From Octopus bimaculoides (lineage: Eukaryota), in the NCBI RefSeq assembly GCF_001194135.2, contig NC_069005.1, positions 21,095,841 to 21,150,027 on the forward strand: a stretch of 54,187 bases of DNA, written 5' to 3'. How positions within the stretch are numbered: position 1 is the stretch's first letter; the number at the start of each line of letters is the position of its first letter. Below the pieces are notes generated by a model. That model searched no databases. It was not told where the DNA came from and saw nothing but the letters and a program-made list of their open reading frames with translations. Made by a program: the position numbers and the translations under genes. Positions 51,791 to 54,187 of the stretch are shown here, piece by piece.

Positions 51791-52443
51791 TAGAAGACAT
51801 TTGCCCAAGGTGCTGCACAGTGGGACTGAACCTGTTACTACATGGCTGTGAAGTAAACTTCCAAGCCACAAATGCATATTTTTTTAATGAAATTTTCCAG
51901 TGATAAACTTTAAGTGTTTTAAAAGCTGTAGTGTACAATTATCTAGATAAAACATAGAAGTTGGGGAGACATTTCGAATCATCCCTGCCTCCAATATTTA
52001 ACTTACGTATATTTTTTTCTTTCTGAAAAATCTTCCAGTGTAATTAATAATCCTTTCTTATTTTTGGCACTAGAACAATAATTTTTATGGTAGTGGGGTA
52101 AGTCTATTACATTGATCCCCAGTAGCCAATTGATTGCAGTTCTATTCTTCTAAGCATTTTGTTCAATGCTCGAATTTGCCAGTTTAACAATAATCTCTTG
52201 TTTTGGCAGTAGGCCAGCAATTTTTAGGGGAATGGGTTAAGTCAATTACATTGACCCCTCCCCCCAGGAGTGGTTGTGTGGTAAGTAGCTTGCTTACCAA
52301 CCACATGGTTCCGGGTTCAGTCCCACTGCGTGGCACCTTGGGAAAATGTCTTTTACTATAGCCTCAGGCCAACCAAAGCCTTGTGGGTGGATTTGGTGGA
52401 CGGAAACTGAAAGAAGCTCATTGTATATATGTATATATATTTA

Positions 52444-52485
<42 letters not shown>

Positions 52486-54187
52486 AATATATATATATAT
52501 ATGTATGTATGTGTTTGTGTCTGTGTTTGTCCCCCCCACCATCGCTTGACAACCGATGCTGGTGTGTTTACGTCCCCGTAACATAGCGGTTCGGCAAATG
52601 AGAGACCGATAGAATAAGTACTAGGCTTACAGAGAATAAGTCCTGGGGTCGATTTGTTCGACTAAAGGCGGTGCTCCGGCATGGCCGCAGTCAAATGACT
52701 GAAACAAGTAAAAGAAAAGTAAAAGAATATAACCCCAAAACGAAGAAAGGCAAAGTCAACCTCAATGACATTTGGACTCAGTATATTTCCAGAGAAACGC
52801 CACTAAGCATTTTATCCAACTCTTGAATTTGCTAATTTAATGATAATTTCTTATTTTGGTACAAGGCCAGCAATTTTTAGAAAAAGGGGGTAAGTCAATC
52901 ACTAGCATAGCTAGAGGGGAGCGGTCTGCCCCGGGTGACATTTTTTATGGGGGCGGCACCACTTTTGGATCTGTTGTAGGCAATATATATATTTTCTGGG
53001 TGCCCGATGGCGGCAAACTGAAGGCACACATACTAATTATGTTAATCAATTACATCGACCCCAGTGCTAAATTGGTATTTATTTTATCGACTATAAAAAG
53101 GATGAAAGGCAAAGTCAACCATGGCGGCATTTGAACTCAGAATACGAAGCCGGAAGAAATATCACTAAGCATTTTGTCCAGAATTTGCCAGCAATAATAA
53201 TGAGAGAAATACATATGAGCATTGTTCTTATCTTTGCACAAAGATTTCGTTCAGAGAATTTTTCCTGGGCAAAATTAAACGGAAACGGACGGGGGAGGGG
53301 AGCAGGAAAATATCCGAAATTCTTGAAAAAAAATGCAGAACTTTTCCCAACATAACTTTTTTTTAGAAAGTCATGGGGAAACAAAGGCGGCGGCGGTGGC
53401 GGCGGTGGGAAGGAGACACTTCCATAAGTAATACCGAATCCTCTCTACGTGGTCTGCTAGAAACAACAGTAATATCGTTACTGAACTGCTTTTCTATCAC
53501 AGAGCTCTGCTGGAACAAGGCTGACCATGGGTTAAACACCTGTAACAACAACAACTACAATGCAATAGACCGATCAATTAAAATTTAAATGAATTAGAAG
53601 GTGTACGTCTACTACATATAAATCTGCAGACGAGTTTCTTCATTATTTTATTTCTACGTGATCGTGTGGAGCAGTGATTCTCAACCGGGATCCATATTAC
53701 CCCTGAGGGTCTATGTAAAGATTTTTGGAAGTCCACGCAACAAGATAATAAATTGGGGATCTACAATAGTATCTTAAGGGCCCTGAAAAAATTTGCATTA
53801 GATGTATGTATTGGTATGTATTGCAAGAAACAGCTAGGTTTCTTTCTCTAACATTTTACAAATTGCAGCCTACACAAGTTAATGTAAGAAAAGCAAAATA
53901 AGGAATTTTGAAAGAAGTTTTTAAACATTGAATGGCAATGGGAGTCCACCAAAATAAAATAGCAACCAAAGGGATCCATAAATTTTTTTAAAATGGTCGA
54001 GAACCCCTTGTGTAGAAAATTCCTCGTTGGCTGGGATGAGTTTGCTGCTAATCTAGATCGGCTCTGATGCTGTAAACCTGTTACCAAAAAGCATTCTACT
54101 TATAATCATCCTGCTTTATGACTTTTCGTGTATCGCATATGACCCAGAGTACATTATCCAATGTGTTTTTTGTTGTTTTTTTTAAAT

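Overview
AT-rich, microsatellite- and SINE-dense animal genomic DNA from a gapped draft assembly. The repeat families suggest an octopus/coleoid cephalopod, which is an inference. Two spliced genes were read by hand; the ORF track does not call them as genes. (1) Elongator subunit ELP4 lies on the + strand, with 8 phase-consistent coding exons visible from 8193 to the stop at 31421. Its first exon and one internal exon are missing, probably in N gaps or outside the window. (2) The first two coding exons of an ELP5-like gene lie on the - strand (46551-46497 and 42021-41961), converging on ELP4. No further ELP5 exons were found beyond a 100-N gap at 41655-41754. The rest is transposon-derived: degenerate full-length mariner (DD34D) and Tc1 (DD34E) elements; MULE-, hAT-, TA- and TTAA-type MITEs; fragments of RTE, Dong/R4 and CRE-like non-LTR elements; a solo Gypsy-type LTR; and at least four SINE-like families. 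The main finding is the apparent tail-to-tail linkage of two subunits of the Elp4/5/6 ring, subject to checking the scaffold gap.
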